NCBI GenBank assembly: GCA_036169815.1
Contig: JAVHOA010000120.1
Location: forward strand, 1,781-65,780
Origin: Sulfurimonadaceae bacterium
Lineage (GTDB): Bacteria; Campylobacterota; Campylobacteria; Campylobacterales; Sulfurimonadaceae
DNA length: 64,000 nucleotides
Reading direction: 5' to 3'
A model generated the notes under the pieces. The model did not search any database. It was given only the letters and a program-made list of their open reading frames with translations, and was not told where the DNA came from. This document shows positions 49,934 to 60,153 of this stretch, one piece after another (position 1 is the first letter of the stretch; every line of letters begins with the position of its first letter). The translations under genes and the position numbers were made by a program.

Positions 49934-50788
49934 TTATTCTCCCCATCTTAGTTTTTCTTTAAGCACTTCAAAGTAGTTAAACTCTTTTTTATGGATTAAT
50001 CGTGCGGGATGTTTTGCAAGATTGATGCTAATCGTATCTCCATGTCCAAACTCATGCATATCTTGCCCATCTACAATCAAAAGCGCTGATTTATCGGGTG
50101 TTTTCATATCTATGGAAAAATGGCCTGGTAAAACAACGGGTCTTTGCGTGAGCGAATGTGGGCAGATTGGAGTGAGAGAAAAAACATTTGTCAAAGGAAA
50201 TAAAACAGGCCCACCCGCTGAGAGATTATAAGCTGTTGATCCCGTTGGTGTGGAGACGATAACGCCATCTCCATAGTAGGTATTAAATGCTCTATCGTCC
50301 ACTAAAGTTTCTATATGAATCATTTTTGAGATGGATGGACGGGTTAAAACGATATCATTAAAAGCATAGATAGTATCTTTGGCATCTTTTGTTTTAATAG
50401 TTGCTTCAAGGACAGCTCGCTCATCGATGCGAAACTCACCATTTTGTAAAAGCTTCACAAAATCCTGCATCTCGTCTAAAGAGATATCTGCTAAAAAACC
50501 AAGTTTTCCCGCATGAATTCCCAAAACTGGAAGCTGGTATTTAAAAGAGCGTCTCACCACAGAGATGAGTGTTCCATCGCCGCCAACACTCACCAAAATA
50601 TCGCATTTTTGACACAAAAGATCAAACTCTTGCCCCATCACGTCGATCATCCCACCACTGATACTATCTAAAAATACTTCGATACCAGCGCTTTGGAAAA
50701 GATTTTTGAGTTCATAAAAAACATCTTTAAGTTCTGGCGTTGATGGTCTTAAAATAATCCCTACTTTTTTAATATTTATTGTGTTCAT
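49934..50788 (-). CDS. nadK: NAD(+) kinase
   Basis: 284 aa. GGDGTLI motif; STPTGSTAYNLSAGGP. Confidence 0.9.
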   Translation of the reverse strand: MNTINIKKVGIILRPSTPELKDVFYELKNLFQSAGIEVFLDSISGGMIDVMGQEFDLLCQKCDILVSVGGDGTLISVVRRSFKYQLPVLGIHAGKLGFLADISLDEMQDFVKLLQNGEFRIDERAVLEATIKTKDAKDTIYAFNDIVLTRPSISKMIHIETLVDDRAFNTYYGDGVIVSTPTGSTAYNLSAGGPVLFPLTNVFSLTPICPHSLTQRPVVLPGHFSIDMKTPDKSALLIVDGQDMHEFGHGDTISINLAKHPARLIHKKEFNYFEVLKEKLRWGE

Positions 50789-50869
50789 ATTTAACTCTTT
50801 ATGCCTTATTTGAGGTAATTATATCTTATTCGTTTCAGTAAAAACCTAATATGACAAAATGCAATATTT

Positions 50870-52969
50870 TTACTTTTTGAGACTCAAACTCACTTTTGCT
50901 CTTTCTTTATCTATGGCGACTACTTCTATATTTGGTAAGTATTCGCCTACATGTAACACTTCTAGCGGATGTGCAACTCTTTTTTCACTCATTTGAGAGA
51001 TATGAATGAGTCCATCATTTTTGAGGCCAATATCTACAAAGGCCCCAAAATCTGTAATATTTCTTACAATGCCTGAAACAAAACTTCCCTCACTAAGCAT
51101 CGAGAGTTCAGTCAAACCACTTCTAAAAGCGATGGGCAAAAGCTCTTGTCGTGGATCAAATCCTGGTTTTTTTAGCTCAAATAGTATATCTTTGAGTGTT
51201 TCTTTGCCTACATGTAAGCGATTTGCGAGTTCTGCAATATCTGGATTATCTAAATCTTTTGGAGTGATTTTTGCAGCAACTCCATAGCTTTCTGGGTGGA
51301 TTCCTGTGTTTTCCAAAGGATTTTTTGCATCTTTTATGCGGATAAATCCTGCAGCTTGCTCATACGCTTTATGGCCCAAACCCTTTACATGTAAGAGTTG
51401 TGATTTTGTTGTAAAGGCGCCATTTTCTTCTCTGTATGTGATGATGTTTTGAGCCACTTTTTCACCGATGCCCGCAACATGAGCAAGGAGAGATGCGGAT
51501 GCGGAGTTAATATCGACTCCCACTTTATTGACAAGATCCACCGTGACATCATAAAGTTTTTTCTCTAAGAGTTTTTGATCCACATCGTGCTGGTACTGGC
51601 CTATACCTAAAGATTTTGGATCGATTTTAACAAGGGTCGCCATAGGATCGCTCAGTCTTCCTGCGATGGAGATGGCACCACGGATAGTAACATCCAAGTT
51701 TGGATACTCCTGCGAAGCTATTTTTGAAGCACTATACACCGATGCTCCCGCTTCTGAGACAATGGTGTAGCTCAGTTTTTCATCTAACTCGCCATTAAGA
51801 CGCGCAAAAAACTCCTCTGTCTCTCGCGAGGCTGTTCCATTGCCAATGGCGATGGCTTTGATGTTGTATCTTTTTACAAACTCTAAAATTTTTCTTTTTG
51901 AGTTTTCATAATCTTTTTTTGGTTCTGTAGGATAGATGACACCATGATCTAAATAGTTGCCATTTTCATCTACAACAGCGAGTTTACATCCGCTCACAAA
52001 AGCAGGATCAACCCCTAAAATCACCCGTTTACTCACAGGTGGAGTCATAAGCAGTTGCGAGAGATTTTTACCAAAAGTGCTGATGGCTTGCAAGTCTGCT
52101 TTTTCTTTGAGTTGTGCGTGAATCTCTCGCTCAATGGATGGAAGCAAAAGACGTTTAAGTCCATCTTTGTAGGCTTCAAAAAGCCTAACATGTAGGTTTG
52201 ATGCGTTGCGCGGTATCTTATAAGTTTTGATATTTTGCTCTAATCTTTCTTGATCAACACTTATCTTTACATGAAGCTCTTTTTCATGGACTCCACGCAT
52301 CAAACCCAAATAGCGATGCGATGGGATAGTTGCTACTTTTTCGCTTTTATCTACAAAATTTACAAAGACACCTTTTGCATTAAAATTTTTCGCTTTTTTA
52401 ATCTCCAAAATACCTTGACGCGTCATGATATTTCGTACGGCTTCACGCGCTTTGGCATCATCTGCGTAGCGCTCAGCCACAATATCACAAGCACCTCCAA
52501 TCGCCTCTGCAACGCTATAAATAGAGCCTTGAACAAAAGTTTGTGCCACTTTTTCAAACTCTGCCTCATTTATCTTTGCAGCTTGAAGCATTGCTGCGAG
52601 GGGCTCAAGCCCATTTGCTATGGCCACGCTTGCACGAGAGCTTTTTTTCTCTTTAAAAGGACGGTAAATATCTTCTAAAGCTCGCATATTTTGCGCTTCT
52701 TCTATCATTTTTAGGATTTGTGGTGTGAGTGTTGCGCGCTCAGTGATGAGCCGTTTAATCTCCTCTTTGCGCTCTAAAAGTTTTTTTGTACTATTGTACA
52801 CATCTTCAAAAGCTCGAAGTATTGTATCATCGGCTCCGCCTGTGAGCTCTTTTCGATAACGGGCTATAAAAGGAATCGTCGCGCCCTCTTCTAAAAGCTT
52901 TAAAATATTTGAAATAAACTGAGACTGTAAACCTGTTTTTTGCTCTAAATGGTGTATAAGATTTTGCAT
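50870..52969 (-). CDS. tex: Tex-like RNA-binding transcription accessory protein (YqgF, HhH and S1 domains)
   Basis: ORF track extends to 52996. Preferred start is MQNLIHHLEQ (ATG 52969). TIPFIARYRKE motif and a C-terminal S1 domain (GIVRNITDFGAFVDIG...GLIHISQM). Confidence 0.9.
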   Translation of the reverse strand: MQNLIHHLEQKTGLQSQFISNILKLLEEGATIPFIARYRKELTGGADDTILRAFEDVYNSTKKLLERKEEIKRLITERATLTPQILKMIEEAQNMRALEDIYRPFKEKKSSRASVAIANGLEPLAAMLQAAKINEAEFEKVAQTFVQGSIYSVAEAIGGACDIVAERYADDAKAREAVRNIMTRQGILEIKKAKNFNAKGVFVNFVDKSEKVATIPSHRYLGLMRGVHEKELHVKISVDQERLEQNIKTYKIPRNASNLHVRLFEAYKDGLKRLLLPSIEREIHAQLKEKADLQAISTFGKNLSQLLMTPPVSKRVILGVDPAFVSGCKLAVVDENGNYLDHGVIYPTEPKKDYENSKRKILEFVKRYNIKAIAIGNGTASRETEEFFARLNGELDEKLSYTIVSEAGASVYSASKIASQEYPNLDVTIRGAISIAGRLSDPMATLVKIDPKSLGIGQYQHDVDQKLLEKKLYDVTVDLVNKVGVDINSASASLLAHVAGIGEKVAQNIITYREENGAFTTKSQLLHVKGLGHKAYEQAAGFIRIKDAKNPLENTGIHPESYGVAAKITPKDLDNPDIAELANRLHVGKETLKDILFELKKPGFDPRQELLPIAFRSGLTELSMLSEGSFVSGIVRNITDFGAFVDIGLKNDGLIHISQMSEKRVAHPLEVLHVGEYLPNIEVVAIDKERAKVSLSLKK

Positions 52970-53045
52970 GAGAATCTTTTTAAAAAATTTTGCCAATTAT
53001 ACTAGCTCTTTATAAATCACCAAAGTTTAAGCTTTCTTTTCTATA

Positions 53046-53133
53046 ATTTCGTTGTATCTTATAAAACATAACAAAAATATCGTTTCTTTTTGAGAACAAA
53101 ATCTGTACAGATTTATTTCGTTATGTCATAAAA
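53046..53133 (+). promoter_or_regulatory. Candidate operator region of the mod operon: direct repeats ATTTCGTTRT flanking a perfect 16-bp palindrome
   Basis: ATTTCGTTGTATCTTATAAAA (53046..53066) and ATTTCGTTATGTCATAAAA (53115..53133). AAATCTGTACAGATTT (53099..53114) is a perfect palindrome. All lie within 105 bp upstream of the modA ATG 53150. Confidence 0.35.
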
Positions 53134-53149
53134 TAACCAAAGGATTCTT

Positions 53150-53899
53150 ATGAAGTTACTCAAGTTCTATCTTGTTTCTTTCGTTTTAGCATCAACACTG
53201 AGTGCTCAAACCATTACAGTTGCCGCTGCGGCCAATCTCAAATATGCCATTGCAGATATTGCAAAAGCGTTTACCGCACAAAGCGGTATCGGTGTAAAAA
53301 TCATCACTGGAGCTTCTGGAAAACTCACCCAGCAGATTATGAGTGGCGCTCCATATGACGCATTTTTATCTGCTGATGTGGAATTTCCTGCTAAACTTGC
53401 TAAAGGTGGTTACACAACAACTCCAGCGCAAGTATATGCGTATGGTTCACTTGTTCTTTGGAGTGATACTGGTGCAAATCTTTCAAAAGGTGTTGAGAGT
53501 TTGAGTGACCCAGCAATCAAAAAAGTTGCTATTGCAAATCCAAAAACTGCGCCTTATGGTCTTGAAGCTATGAATGCTATGCGTTTTTATAAAGTTGATA
53601 TTGCGCCAAAAATTGTAACAGCAGAGTCAATCTCTCAAGCTGCAACATATGTAACGACAAAATCAGTGGATGCAGGATTTTTAGCGAAATCTATCGTTCT
53701 TTCTCCTGAAATGAAAAACGTAGGTAAATGGGTAGAAGTTGATCCAAAAAGCTATCATGTTATTGATCAAGCGATGGTAGGTCTTAAAAATGGCACACCT
53801 GAAAATCAGATTGCGGCAAAAAGATTTTTAAAATTTATTGCTTCACCAACATCAGTTGCAATTCTAAAAGCAAACGGCTATGCCTTGCCAAAACTATAA
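53150..53899 (+). CDS. modA: Molybdate ABC transporter substrate-binding protein
   Basis: 249 aa. Signal peptide. ITVAAAANLKYA...GASGKLTQQI...AIANPKTAPYG, typical of ModA. Confidence 0.9.
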   Translation: MKLLKFYLVSFVLASTLSAQTITVAAAANLKYAIADIAKAFTAQSGIGVKIITGASGKLTQQIMSGAPYDAFLSADVEFPAKLAKGGYTTTPAQVYAYGSLVLWSDTGANLSKGVESLSDPAIKKVAIANPKTAPYGLEAMNAMRFYKVDIAPKIVTAESISQAATYVTTKSVDAGFLAKSIVLSPEMKNVGKWVEVDPKSYHVIDQAMVGLKNGTPENQIAAKRFLKFIASPTSVAILKANGYALPKL

Positions 53900-53926
53900 A
53901 ATAAATAAACTAAGGGAAAATCAAAT

Positions 53927-55414
53927 ATGACAAAATTAAGTTTAGCGACAGCACTTATTTTAGGCACAGCGCTCTTTGCACAAGCAGCAGAAGACCTCTC
54001 GAGCGCATTTAAAGAGGGAACATTAGAAGGACGCATCCGTGTAAACTCTGTTTTTACAAATTGGGATGACAATAGCGCTGCCAATTGGGGAGCAAATAAA
54101 GCAAACGGCGACAGCAAGGGGATGGCAGTTGGCGGGAGCTTAATCTACCAAACAGCACCATTATATGGCGTCAGTGCAGGTGCTGGCTTTTATACAACAC
54201 AACCTTTAGGGATTTTTACAGATGATCTCTCAGATCTTGGGAGCACTACAAAAGCAGGCGCAAAACCAACAACAGGTGCAGACCTTTTTGCTCGTGGCCC
54301 TGGAAGTGCAACAAATTGGGGAACAGGATACAGCGTCTTGGCGCAATCATACCTTCAATACCAACTTGCAAAAAGCAAAATTAAAGGTGGTCGTTTTTTA
54401 ATGAATAATCCATGGATTACTCCAAATGACACAAAAATGATTCCTATTGCAGTTGAGGGAATTAATTTTGTATCAAAAGATATAGCAAATACAACGATTC
54501 AACTTGACTATGCAGAAGCTATCAAAGAGCGTGGGATGACCTACTTTGGAAATATGGCAGATACACTTGATACGCCTGTTGCGATTAAAAACTATTACCG
54601 CACCCACTACACTGGAACAACTGCTGGTTTTGGAAAAGGCAATGGCGCTCCAGGTGTGGCTATGGTTGGTATCACAAACAAATCTATCGATGCGCTAGAA
54701 CTCCAAGCATGGTTTATGACATGGCAAGATATTGTCAATCAAGGACGTATTGAAGCAAACTATGCACTTCCAGCAGGTGATGTCATCCTCTCTTTTGGTG
54801 CACGTTATATCCAACAATGGGACACAGGTGCGGGTGATATTATCTTGCCAAAAACAGGTTCAGCTTATGATACAGCTTCTGTGAAATTCAAAGGCGATAG
54901 TGACAATAAAGTCGATACCAAACTCCTCGCACTTCGTGCTGCTGCAAGTTATGGTACTGCAAAACTGATGTTCGCCTACGCCCATACGGCTGCGGGTGGA
55001 GATATTATTTCTCCATGGAGAGCGTTTCCAACAGATGGTTACACAAGATCAAAAACACAAACAGATTGGAATGCAAATACATCATCGTATAAACTCCAAC
55101 TCAATTATGACCTCAATCAACTCATTGCAGGCTTGAGTACAGTTTTGAGCTACTCATTTTATGATCGCGATGTGTTAAAAATTGGTTATGTCTCTCAAAC
55201 AGACCGCTACTATGGAAATGGTGACACAAACCAATACAATGCAGACGTAATTTACAAAGTCCCAGCAGTTAAAAACTTAGAACTCAAAGCACGTTATATG
55301 ATTCAGCAAAATCAAGTTGTTTCAAATCCTTATGCTGCCAATAATCTTTCTCAAGGTTTTGGCAGTGACACATCAAACAAAGAGTTACGTTTAGAAGCAA
55401 ATTACAGATTTTAA
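53927..55414 (+). CDS. OprD-like outer-membrane porin embedded in the mod operon
   Basis: 495 aa. Signal peptide ...LFAQA/AEDL. N-terminal FKEGTLEGRIRV (OprD-family-like), alternating beta-strand pattern, C-terminal ...LRLEANYRF with terminal Phe. Confidence 0.7.
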   Translation: MTKLSLATALILGTALFAQAAEDLSSAFKEGTLEGRIRVNSVFTNWDDNSAANWGANKANGDSKGMAVGGSLIYQTAPLYGVSAGAGFYTTQPLGIFTDDLSDLGSTTKAGAKPTTGADLFARGPGSATNWGTGYSVLAQSYLQYQLAKSKIKGGRFLMNNPWITPNDTKMIPIAVEGINFVSKDIANTTIQLDYAEAIKERGMTYFGNMADTLDTPVAIKNYYRTHYTGTTAGFGKGNGAPGVAMVGITNKSIDALELQAWFMTWQDIVNQGRIEANYALPAGDVILSFGARYIQQWDTGAGDIILPKTGSAYDTASVKFKGDSDNKVDTKLLALRAAASYGTAKLMFAYAHTAAGGDIISPWRAFPTDGYTRSKTQTDWNANTSSYKLQLNYDLNQLIAGLSTVLSYSFYDRDVLKIGYVSQTDRYYGNGDTNQYNADVIYKVPAVKNLELKARYMIQQNQVVSNPYAANNLSQGFGSDTSNKELRLEANYRF

Positions 55415-55450
55415 ATCTTTTGTCCCTTTTTAGGGACAATTTCTTGTGAA

Positions 55451-55497
55451 AAATAGCTTACATGTAGAGCTTTAAAAGCCTTACATGTAAGCTATTT
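55451..55497 (+). terminator. Long hairpin built from two copies of the palindrome motif, downstream of the porin gene
   Basis: AAATAGCTTACATGTA (55451..55466) pairs perfectly with TACATGTAAGCTATTT (55482..55497); the 15-nt spacer can itself partly pair. The T-tract on the plus strand is weak (CTATTTC), so terminator function is uncertain. Confidence 0.5.
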
Positions 55498-55522
55498 CAA
55501 ATAAAAATCCATATAAAAAAGA

Positions 55523-56374
55523 ATGATGATATTACTTAATGACAATGAACTCCAAACCCTTTTGCATGAAGATGTTCCCTTTGGAGATCTCACGACAAAA
55601 TCTTTTGGCATAGACGCGCAACAGGCTCGTATGAGTTTTGCAACCCGAGAAGAAGCACTTTTGCTCTCATGTACAGAAGAAGCTGTGAGACTTTGTCAGA
55701 TGCATGGCTTAGAACTCATCCACACCGTTGCCTCAGGAACACTTGTGGCCAAACAAACCATTTTTTTAGAGGTGCAAGGGGCTGCTGGAGCGATTCATCG
55801 TGTTTGGAAAACAGTGCAAAATCTGCTCGATTATGCCAGCGGAGTAGCAACCTACACCCACAATCTTGTCACAATAGCACAAGCAGTCAATCCAGATATC
55901 GTTATAGCCACAACAAGAAAAACGATTCCTTTTAGCAAAAAAGTTGCTATCAAAGCTGTAGAATCAGGCGGTGGTATCGCCCACCGTTTAGGGCTGAGCG
56001 AGTCGATACTCATCTTTGAATACCATCGTATTTTTTTTCCTACAGACGCACTCTTTAGCGCTGCTTTTACAAAAGTCAAAAAAACAAATCCAGAAAAAAA
56101 GATTGTCATCGAGACTGAAAATATCCAAGAAGCACTTCATTTTGCCGCACTTGGTGCAGATGTGTTACAGCTCGAAAAATTTCCTCTTCTAGAGCTTGCC
56201 GAGTGCGTACAAGTCTTGCGAGCTAAGTACCCACATCTTATTCTCATGGCAACAGGTGGTATCAAACTCTCAAATATTAAAGAATATGCACAGTGCGGTG
56301 TTGATGTCATTGTCACAACATCGCCGTACAACGCCCAGCCTGCAGATATTAAAGTAAGGATTGAAGCTTTATGA
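55523..56374 (+). CDS. modD: ModD protein (nicotinate-nucleotide pyrophosphorylase-like)
   Basis: 283 aa. LLHEDVPFGDLTT (QPRTase-family N-terminus). Sits inside the mod operon. Confidence 0.8.
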   Translation: MMILLNDNELQTLLHEDVPFGDLTTKSFGIDAQQARMSFATREEALLLSCTEEAVRLCQMHGLELIHTVASGTLVAKQTIFLEVQGAAGAIHRVWKTVQNLLDYASGVATYTHNLVTIAQAVNPDIVIATTRKTIPFSKKVAIKAVESGGGIAHRLGLSESILIFEYHRIFFPTDALFSAAFTKVKKTNPEKKIVIETENIQEALHFAALGADVLQLEKFPLLELAECVQVLRAKYPHLILMATGGIKLSNIKEYAQCGVDVIVTTSPYNAQPADIKVRIEAL

Positions 56375-56778
56375 ATATTTTACCAGCGACTATAAAATCG
56401 ATTCTCTCTTCGCAACAGCTTTCTTGTGTCAGTGTGAAAATTGGCGCAGATGAATTTCATCTTTTTTTAGTCGAAATGCTAGATGAAAAACGTTTTTTAA
56501 ACGCAAATGTCAAAATCACATTTAAAGAAACAGAAGTGATTTTATTGCAAGAAAAAGTAATTCCCTCAAGCGCAAATATGGCAATAGCCCTCATAGAAAA
56601 AATAGAATATGGCACAGTTTTGACGCAAGTTACACTCATGTATCATACAGCGCCTATCACAACACTAGTAGCAACACCACTTTTTAAACGCTTACATGTA
56701 AGCGTAGGTGACACCGTTTCATGGATGGTGCAACCAAGCGAAATTTCCCTTTTATGGAGTGCGGCACATGGAATCTGA
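56371..56778 (+). CDS. TOBE/Mop-type molybdate-binding domain protein
   Basis: 135 aa. NILPATIKSI... and ...RLHVSVGDTVSWMVQPSEISL fit TOBE-domain beta strands. Overlaps the modD stop and the modB start. Confidence 0.65.
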   Translation: MNILPATIKSILSSQQLSCVSVKIGADEFHLFLVEMLDEKRFLNANVKITFKETEVILLQEKVIPSSANMAIALIEKIEYGTVLTQVTLMYHTAPITTLVATPLFKRLHVSVGDTVSWMVQPSEISLLWSAAHGI

Positions 56779-57442
56779 ATTTTTATCGACGATGGGGCTG
56801 ACCTTTAAACTCGCAGTTATCACAACGCTCATTCTTTTGTTTATTGCAATTCCTCTGGCTTCTTTTATAGCCTTTTCTAAGATGCGGTTGAAAAGCATTG
56901 TGGAGACCATTGTTTCGATGCCACTTGTTTTACCTCCATCGGTTTTAGGATTTTATCTGCTCATCGCTTTTAGTCCCTCTTCTGCAATCGGCACTTTTTT
57001 AGGTGATCATGGGATTCATCTTGCTTTTAGTTTTGAGGGCTTAGTAGTCGGATCGGTACTTTTTAGTCTTCCTTTTATGGTACATCCCATCCAAGCAGCG
57101 CTTTCACAAGTACCGCCATCCATCTTTGAAGCCGCTTATACCTTGGGTAAATCAAAACTCACCACAATGCTTCGTGTTGTCCTGCCAAGCATCCGCCATG
57201 GAGTCATCTCAGGAATCGTGCTTGCTTTTGCTCACACAGTTGGAGAGTTTGGGGTTATTCTCATGATAGGAGGCAATATTCCAGATGAAACGCGGGTTGC
57301 TTCCATCGCCATCTATGATGAGGTCGAATCCCTTAATTATCATGTTGCACACCAATATGCACTCACGCTTTTTGTCGTAACTTTTGCCATCTTACTGCTT
57401 GTCTATACGCTCAATAAAAAATCACTTGGAGAGCTTAGATGA
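56768..57442 (+). CDS. modB: Molybdate ABC transporter permease
   Basis: ORF track starts at 56708. Preferred start is MESEFLSTMGLTF (ATG 56768). EAA-loop region EAAYTLGKSKLTTMLRVVLPS. Confidence 0.9.
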   Translation: MESEFLSTMGLTFKLAVITTLILLFIAIPLASFIAFSKMRLKSIVETIVSMPLVLPPSVLGFYLLIAFSPSSAIGTFLGDHGIHLAFSFEGLVVGSVLFSLPFMVHPIQAALSQVPPSIFEAAYTLGKSKLTTMLRVVLPSIRHGVISGIVLAFAHTVGEFGVILMIGGNIPDETRVASIAIYDEVESLNYHVAHQYALTLFVVTFAILLLVYTLNKKSLGELR

Positions 57443-58314
57443 TAACTATTAATGTTACAAAAAAACTCGATACCGCAGAAGGAGCCTTCATGGCTCATTT
57501 TGAATTGGCAATACAAGATGGAGAATTTTTAACACTTTTTGGACCCTCGGGAGCGGGAAAAACAACGCTTTTGCGTATGATTGCCGGACTCGAAGTACCG
57601 CAAAGCGGAAAAATAGAAGTCAATAAAGAAGTGTGGTTTGATAGTCAAAAAAAGATAAACCTTCCCCCACAAAAGCGTAATGTCGGTTTTGTTTTTCAAG
57701 ATTATGCTCTCTTTCCTACCATGAGCATCAAAGAAAATCTCCTTTTTGCCGCTGAAAATGAGGAACAAAAAGAAAATGTTGCCGCGCTCATTGAAATGGT
57801 GGAACTCACTTCCCTTTGCAATCGTTTGCCACACACTCTTTCAGGCGGGCAAAAACAGCGTGTCGCACTCGCTCGTGCCTTGGTTCGCCAGCCAAAAGTC
57901 ATTTTACTTGATGAACCGCTTTCTGCGCTTGATCCCCTGATGCGCCAAAAACTGCAAAATGAGTTGGCTTTGATTCATAAAAAGTTTGGCGTGACAACCC
58001 TGCTTGTCAGTCACGATATCGCAGAAACCGTGAAACTCTCTGATCGTTTAGCTTCTGTTGAAGCAGGGCATATACACAAAGTATGCCCGCCAATGGAGTT
58101 CTTTTCTCACCATACGCTCAGTGGAAAACTACAACTCATCGGAGAAGTGTTAAAGATAGAAGAGGATTTTCCCATCACAGTTGTAACACTACTTGTTGGT
58201 TCCTCTATTGTCAAAACAGTCGTTACATGTAAAGAAGCGCAAGCGTTTCAAATCGGTTCGCAAGCCATTATCGCATCAAAAGCTTTTAATCCTATTTTAA
58301 TGCCTGTACGCTGA
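57439..58314 (+). CDS. modC: Molybdate ABC transporter ATP-binding protein
   Basis: 291 aa. Walker A GPSGAGKTT, LSGGQKQRVALARAL, Walker B ILLDEP. Confidence 0.9.
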   Translation: MITINVTKKLDTAEGAFMAHFELAIQDGEFLTLFGPSGAGKTTLLRMIAGLEVPQSGKIEVNKEVWFDSQKKINLPPQKRNVGFVFQDYALFPTMSIKENLLFAAENEEQKENVAALIEMVELTSLCNRLPHTLSGGQKQRVALARALVRQPKVILLDEPLSALDPLMRQKLQNELALIHKKFGVTTLLVSHDIAETVKLSDRLASVEAGHIHKVCPPMEFFSHHTLSGKLQLIGEVLKIEEDFPITVVTLLVGSSIVKTVVTCKEAQAFQIGSQAIIASKAFNPILMPVR

Positions 58315-58395
58315 GCGTATGGAGGTTTTGTGTTTATTTTGCTATCAGTATAGTTGCGTTATAATCGCGCAAAATTTTCTTTTAGGAATCTAGAT

Positions 58396-60153
58396 TTGAG
58401 AACTCATTATTGTACAGACCTAAGCATTAAAAACGTCGGTGAGAGCGTCACTGTCGCTGGTTGGGCAAATAGCTACCGCGACCACGGTGGTATCATCTTC
58501 ATCGACATCCGCGATAAAAGCGGACTTTTACAACTCGTTTTTGATCCATCAGATAATGCTGATGCACATAAAGTCGCTGATGGCGTTCGTGATGAGTTTG
58601 TCCTTGTCGCAACAGGAAAAATCCGCCCGCGTGGTGAGGGACTCATAAATCCTCGTTTACAAACTGGAGCGATAGAACTTGTTGTTGATGTTCTTACCAT
58701 TGAAAATAAAAGTGCTCCAACACCATTTGTCATCGGCGATAAAAATGTTGGCGAAGAAACACGTTTAAAATACCGCTATTTGGAGCTTCGTGATCCAGCA
58801 ATGTATGAAACATTTCGTCTTCGCTCAAAAGCGGCAATCGCTGCGCGCAATGTGCTTGATGCGCATGGATTTTTAGAAGTTGAAACACCAATACTTACAA
58901 AATCAACTCCTGAGGGTGCAAGAGATTACTTGGTGCCATCACGTGTTCACAATGGTGAATTTTATGCACTGCCACAATCCCCTCAACTTTTCAAACAACT
59001 TTTAATGGTTGGTGGATTTGATCGATATTTTCAGATTGCAAAATGTTTTAGAGATGAAGATTTAAGAGCAGATCGTCAACCAGAATTTACTCAAATAGAT
59101 GTTGAGATGAGTTTTTGTGACCAAGAAAGCGTCATCAAAGTTGCTGAAGAGCTTCTAATCGGGATGTTTGGAGCGTGTGGAATCGAAGTTAAACCACCAT
59201 TTAATCGCATCAAATACCGTGATGCGATGGAGTGGTATGGTTCTGATAAACCAGACCTTCGCTATGACCTTAAAATGGTAGATGTACTTGATATTTTTGA
59301 GCGTTGTGATAATGAAATTTTTACAAATATTGCAAAACAACCCCACAAGAACCGCATTAAAGCGCTTCGTGTTCCTGGTGCTGATTTAGTATTTTCTAAG
59401 CGTGAAATGAAAAGTTTTGAGGATTTTGTTCGCAAATTTGGAGCACATGGTCTTGGATATTTCCAGATGCAAGAGGATGGCTTAAAAGGTCCACTTTTAA
59501 AATTCTTTAAAGAAGAGGACATTGCACTTCTCATCGAGAGAACTGAGCTTGAAGTAGGCGATGTTGTTTTCTTTGGTGCTGGAGATAAAAAAACTGTTTT
59601 AGATTATATGGGACGTTTTAGAATCTTTATCGCAGAACATGAGAAGATGAACCTTGTTGATAAAAATCGTTATGAGTTTGTGTGGGTTGTTGATTTTCCT
59701 ATGTTTGAAGTCGAAGATGGCCGTGTAAAAGCGCTTCACCATCCATTTACAATGCCGCGTGACACTGACAAAAATGATGTTGAAGAGATCGAATCTATCG
59801 CTTATGATATCGTTTTAAATGGTACTGAGCTTGGCGGCGGAAGTATCCGTATCCATAAACAAGAGATTCAAGAGGAGGTATTTAAACTCCTTGGAATCGG
59901 CGAAGAGGAAGCACAAGAGAAGTTTGGCTTCTTACTTGATGCTCTTAAATTTGGAGCACCTCCACATGGTGGTTTCGCAATCGGTTTTGACCGTTTGATG
60001 ATGCTCATTAGCAAAAAATCAAGTATCCGTGATGTTATCGCATTTCCAAAAACACAAAGAGCTGCATGTATGCTCACGCATGCTCCAAGCGCTGTAGATA
60101 ATGAGCAACTCAAAGAGCTCCACATCAGAATCCGCGAGCAAGTACAAGCCTAA
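58396..60153 (+). CDS. aspS: Aspartyl-tRNA synthetase
   Basis: ORF track begins at TTG 58354. Preferred start is TTG 58396 ((M)RTHYCTDL...), with AGGAA 8 nt upstream and TATAAT at 58360..58365. Class II motifs [29 protein letters not shown]. Confidence 0.9.
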   Translation: MRTHYCTDLSIKNVGESVTVAGWANSYRDHGGIIFIDIRDKSGLLQLVFDPSDNADAHKVADGVRDEFVLVATGKIRPRGEGLINPRLQTGAIELVVDVLTIENKSAPTPFVIGDKNVGEETRLKYRYLELRDPAMYETFRLRSKAAIAARNVLDAHGFLEVETPILTKSTPEGARDYLVPSRVHNGEFYALPQSPQLFKQLLMVGGFDRYFQIAKCFRDEDLRADRQPEFTQIDVEMSFCDQESVIKVAEELLIGMFGACGIEVKPPFNRIKYRDAMEWYGSDKPDLRYDLKMVDVLDIFERCDNEIFTNIAKQPHKNRIKALRVPGADLVFSKREMKSFEDFVRKFGAHGLGYFQMQEDGLKGPLLKFFKEEDIALLIERTELEVGDVVFFGAGDKKTVLDYMGRFRIFIAEHEKMNLVDKNRYEFVWVVDFPMFEVEDGRVKALHHPFTMPRDTDKNDVEEIESIAYDIVLNGTELGGGSIRIHKQEIQEEVFKLLGIGEEEAQEKFGFLLDALKFGAPPHGGFAIGFDRLMMLISKKSSIRDVIAFPKTQRAACMLTHAPSAVDNEQLKELHIRIREQVQA

